NCBI GenBank assembly: GCA_963828165.1
Contig: CAWHDR010000001.1
Coordinates: 960,001 to 1,024,000 of the forward strand
Reading direction: 5' to 3'
Source: an uncultured Chloroflexia bacterium
Lineage (GTDB): Bacteria > Chloroflexota > Limnocylindria > Limnocylindrales > CSP1-4
Length of the DNA stretch: 64,000 nucleotides
Shown here in pieces: positions 61,135 to 64,000 of the stretch (position 1 is its first letter; each line of letters begins with the position of its first letter). Made by a program: the position numbers and the translations under genes. Below the pieces are notes generated by a model. The model did not search any database, was not told the origin of the DNA, and saw only the letters and a list, made by a program, of their open reading frames with translations.

Positions 61135-62009
61135 CAGGCCGCTGGGACCGCGAGCTTGTCGAGATACCCCAGCCGCCAGCGCTCCGTGATGTCGACCGCG
61201 TTGAACGTGTACAGGTGCATGTCGACGATGCCGTTGGCCGCATCGGCGATGACCGGGGCAAGGCCCTCCAGCAGCCCGTCCGGGCGATAGAACCCGCCTG
61301 AGCGGATGAGTCGAGCGATGAACTGCGTGTTCTTGACCAGGAACCGGTGCGTGTCGGCCACCCCGATGCGGGCGCTGATCGCGAGCAGCCGTTGCGGCTC
61401 GGCCACGCCCGGAAGCCCGATGTGGACGGGCAATGCAAGGCCCTCCCCACGACGGTCCGCCAGCCACGACCTGATCGCGGCCGGATCGAAGCAGAGCTGG
61501 GTCGTCATGTAGCTCGCGAATTCCGCCTTCGCCCGCAGGGCTTCGAGCAGCGGCGCGTCCGCGATGAACGCGTGGCCCTGCGGATAGCACGGGATCCCGA
61601 TCTCGGACAGCGGGTGGCCGATCTCGGCCATCTCCCGAAGCAACGACAGCCCGTCGACGAATTCGCCCGGCTCCTTGGCATCCCCGCCCACGATGAACGC
61701 GCGGTCGACACCGGCGTTCTCGAGCCACGCGATCAGGTCGGCGAGATGGGCGCGGTCGCGGATCATGCGCGCGGAGAGATGCGGCACGGCGCGGAACCCG
61801 AGCGCCTGGAGCTGCTCGCACAGCTCGACGGTGGCCTCGATGCCCTTCGCCGGCGATGCCGTCACCGACACCGTGGCGCCCGCGGGCAGGAACGACGCCT
61901 GTTCCAGCGCGTTCTTCAACGGCACGAGCTCGAACGTCGGTGCGCGCAGGACGGCCGCAAGCGCCGCAGACTGGGACGGCGTCAGCGAGGATCGGCGGCG
62001 GAAGAGCAC
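61134..62009 (-). CDS. metF: Methylenetetrahydrofolate reductase
   Basis: 'VPHLSAR', 'VGGD', 'YPQGH', 'TQLCFD', 'HLYTFN'. Confidence 0.8.
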   Translation of the reverse strand: MLFRRRSSLTPSQSAALAAVLRAPTFELVPLKNALEQASFLPAGATVSVTASPAKGIEATVELCEQLQALGFRAVPHLSARMIRDRAHLADLIAWLENAGVDRAFIVGGDAKEPGEFVDGLSLLREMAEIGHPLSEIGIPCYPQGHAFIADAPLLEALRAKAEFASYMTTQLCFDPAAIRSWLADRRGEGLALPVHIGLPGVAEPQRLLAISARIGVADTHRFLVKNTQFIARLIRSGGFYRPDGLLEGLAPVIADAANGIVDMHLYTFNAVDITERWRLGYLDKLAVPAA

Positions 62010-62013
62010 GTCG

Positions 62014-63555
62014 TCAGACCTCCGAATCCGGCATCGATGCCTTGCGCCGGATCATGAACTCGAGCAGCGCCTCGTCCACGCCGGGGTCGATCGGCGGAGC
62101 CTCGTACTCGGCCAGCATCCGCTTCCAGATCGCGTTGGCGCGCTGGGGCGCGTCCAGACCGCCGTCCTCCGACCATTGCTCGAAGCTGTTGTTGTCGGCG
62201 ATCTCGCTGCGGTAGAACGCGTTCTCGAAGTTCGCCAGCGTGTGGGCGGTGCCCAGGAAGTGCTGGCCCGGCCCGTTCGAGCGGATGGCGTCGAGCGCCT
62301 GGCCATTCTCGGACAGGTCCACGCCCTTCACGAAGACCGCCATCATCCCCAGCTGGTCGGCGTCCATGATGAATTTCTCGTAGCCGACGGCGAGGCCGCC
62401 TTCGAGCCAGCCGGCGGCGTGGAGGACGAAGTTGACCCCACCGAGCACGGTGGGCTGCAGCGTCGCCGCACTCTCGTAGGCCGCCTGCGCATCGGCGATC
62501 TTCGAGGCGCACAGCGAGCCGCCGGAGCGGAACGGGACGCCGAGCCGCCGGGCGAGCGCGGCCATCACGTACAGCACGAGGGCCGGCTCCGGCGTCCCGA
62601 ACGTCGGCGCGCCGGACTGCATGGACATCGAGCTCGCGAACGAGCCCAGCACGACCGGCGCTCCCGGCCTGACGAGCTGCACGAAGGTCATGCCCGCGAG
62701 TGATTCCGCGAGCGTCTGGGCGGCAACGCCGGCGGCGGTGACCGGTGCCATCGCACCCGCGAGGATGAACGGGGTCATGAGCGTCGCCTGGTTGGCCTCG
62801 GCATACGCGCGGGCCGCCCCGAGCATCGTCGAGTCCCACACGAGCGGCGAGTTCGCGTTGATCAGGCTGAGGATCACGCAGTGGTCCTCGAGGTAGTCCG
62901 CGCCGAAGGTCAGCCGCGCCATCTCGACCGTGTCGCGGGCACGCTCGGGCGCGGTCACGGAGCCCATGAACGGCTTGTCGCTGTAGCGGATATGCGAGTA
63001 GACCATGTCCAGGTGGCGCTTGTTGACCGGGACATCGACCGGCTCGCAGACCGTCCCGCCACTGTGGTGCAGGTGCGGGCTCATGTAGGCGAGCTTCACG
63101 AAGTTGCGGAAGTCCTCGATCGTGCCGTAGCGCCGGCCGCGGTCCAGGTCGCGCACGAACGGCGAGCCGTAGTTCGGGGCGAAGACCGTGTGCATCCCGC
63201 CGATCTCGACGTTGTTCGCCTCGTTGCGCGCGTACTGGGTGAACTGGCGCGGTGCCGTCGCCTCGACGATCTGCCGGCACATCCCGCGCGGGAACCTGAC
63301 ACGCTCGCCCTCGACGTCGGCCCCCGCGTCGCGCAGCAGCCGGAGCGCGTCCTCATCACCGCGGAACTCGATGCCGACCTCTTCGAGGATCGTGTCGGCG
63401 TTATGCTCGATGATCGAGAGGCCCTCCTCGCCGAGGACCTCGAACGGGGCGAGCGTGCGGGTCAGGAACGGGAGCCGCTCGACCTGGTGGCTGAGTCGCA
63501 CGGCTCGGCGGCCCTCCCGGCCACCAGTGCGGCGGTTGCCCATCGTCTCGCTCAT
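62014..63555 (-). CDS. MttB-superfamily (non-pyrrolysine) methyltransferase
   Basis: 'ILEEVGIEF', 'INANSPL', 'LAGAMAPVT', 'DAQAAYE', 'HAAGWLEGG', 'HFLGTAHT'; no in-frame TAG. Confidence 0.9.
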   Translation of the reverse strand: MSETMGNRRTGGREGRRAVRLSHQVERLPFLTRTLAPFEVLGEEGLSIIEHNADTILEEVGIEFRGDEDALRLLRDAGADVEGERVRFPRGMCRQIVEATAPRQFTQYARNEANNVEIGGMHTVFAPNYGSPFVRDLDRGRRYGTIEDFRNFVKLAYMSPHLHHSGGTVCEPVDVPVNKRHLDMVYSHIRYSDKPFMGSVTAPERARDTVEMARLTFGADYLEDHCVILSLINANSPLVWDSTMLGAARAYAEANQATLMTPFILAGAMAPVTAAGVAAQTLAESLAGMTFVQLVRPGAPVVLGSFASSMSMQSGAPTFGTPEPALVLYVMAALARRLGVPFRSGGSLCASKIADAQAAYESAATLQPTVLGGVNFVLHAAGWLEGGLAVGYEKFIMDADQLGMMAVFVKGVDLSENGQALDAIRSNGPGQHFLGTAHTLANFENAFYRSEIADNNSFEQWSEDGGLDAPQRANAIWKRMLAEYEAPPIDPGVDEALLEFMIRRKASMPDSEV

Positions 63556-64000
63556 CGATCGTCTCCGGTGCCGGTCGCGGCAGGGGCGCCGGGGATGGCG
63601 TGGGTGGCGGCGTCGGCCGCGGCCGCGGCGGTGCGCCGGCGGCGGCGTTCGGCCCGCGCATCGCCACCGCGGTCCGCCGTGACAGGCCTGGCCGGCAACG
63701 TCACGACCCGCTCGAGATTGGGGTTCGCGGCCGTCCGGTGCGGGATCGCCATCGCCTCGACGAAGTGCTCCTGGAACCGCGGCTCGACCGCCGTTTCGAT
63801 CTTCTCGACGCGGCGGACCACGCCCTCGATCTCGCGCCGCGCGGCGCCGGACAGCAGGGCGATCAACGCGCCGGTGCCGGCCGCATTGCCCGCGGCCTTC
63901 ACGTGGTCGAGATCGCAGTCGGGAACGAGCCCGAGGACCATCGCGTGGAGCGGGTCGATCTGGCTCCCGAACGCGCCGGCCAGCCGAACCTCGTCGACGG
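63552..64000 (-). CDS. RACo/ASKHA corrinoid-activating protein, C-terminal part (runs off the window)
   Basis: 'LAGAFGSQIDP..GLVP..GNAAGTGA..FQEHFVEAM'. Confidence 0.85.
   Translation of the reverse strand, partial: VDEVRLAGAFGSQIDPLHAMVLGLVPDCDLDHVKAAGNAAGTGALIALLSGAARREIEGVVRRVEKIETAVEPRFQEHFVEAMAIPHRTAANPNLERVVTLPARPVTADRGGDARAERRRRRTAAAAADAATHAIPGAPAATGTGDDR

Noticed and set aside
62014-63555. Pyrrolysine recoding in the MttB homolog
   Set aside because: No in-frame TAG

Overview
High-GC bacterial chromosomal window. The gene content and style suggest a Chloroflexota (possibly Limnocylindria-like) or similar Terrabacteria genome; this is inference only. Housekeeping/metabolic blocks: phenylacetate-type enoyl-CoA hydratases with a TetR (PaaR-like) regulator and operator, fumC, an amine permease/glutamine-synthetase-like/aldehyde dehydrogenase set, a GAF hybrid kinase-REC/cyclase-Hpt relay, purKE, an ECF transporter, moeZ-cysO-cysM-mec, Rrf2-sufC-sufS-sufU, SAM-I riboswitch-metH-yitJ, and a RACo/MttB/MetF methyl-transfer cluster. 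The standout is 5241-12330: an array of 13 single-gene units, each bounded by a directly repeated ~25-bp site (STC-N5-GY-GTYCGSSAATGTCAC). Many stop codons lie inside the site and most genes carry their own leaderless -10 box. A diverged tandem duplication has its junction exactly at the GTC at the site's edge. This looks like an integron-like gene-cassette array whose site is neither attC nor a canonical dif; no recombinase gene is visible in the window. Other oddities: an FtsZ with an N-terminal hydrophobic (membrane-anchor-like) helix outside the dcw cluster, a KamB/NpmA-like 16S rRNA methyltransferase with an early in-frame TAA, a frameshifted ppgK, non-canonical ATA/CTG starts, and a suf operon lacking sufB/sufD. 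All family assignments are by-eye motif recognition, not database searches.
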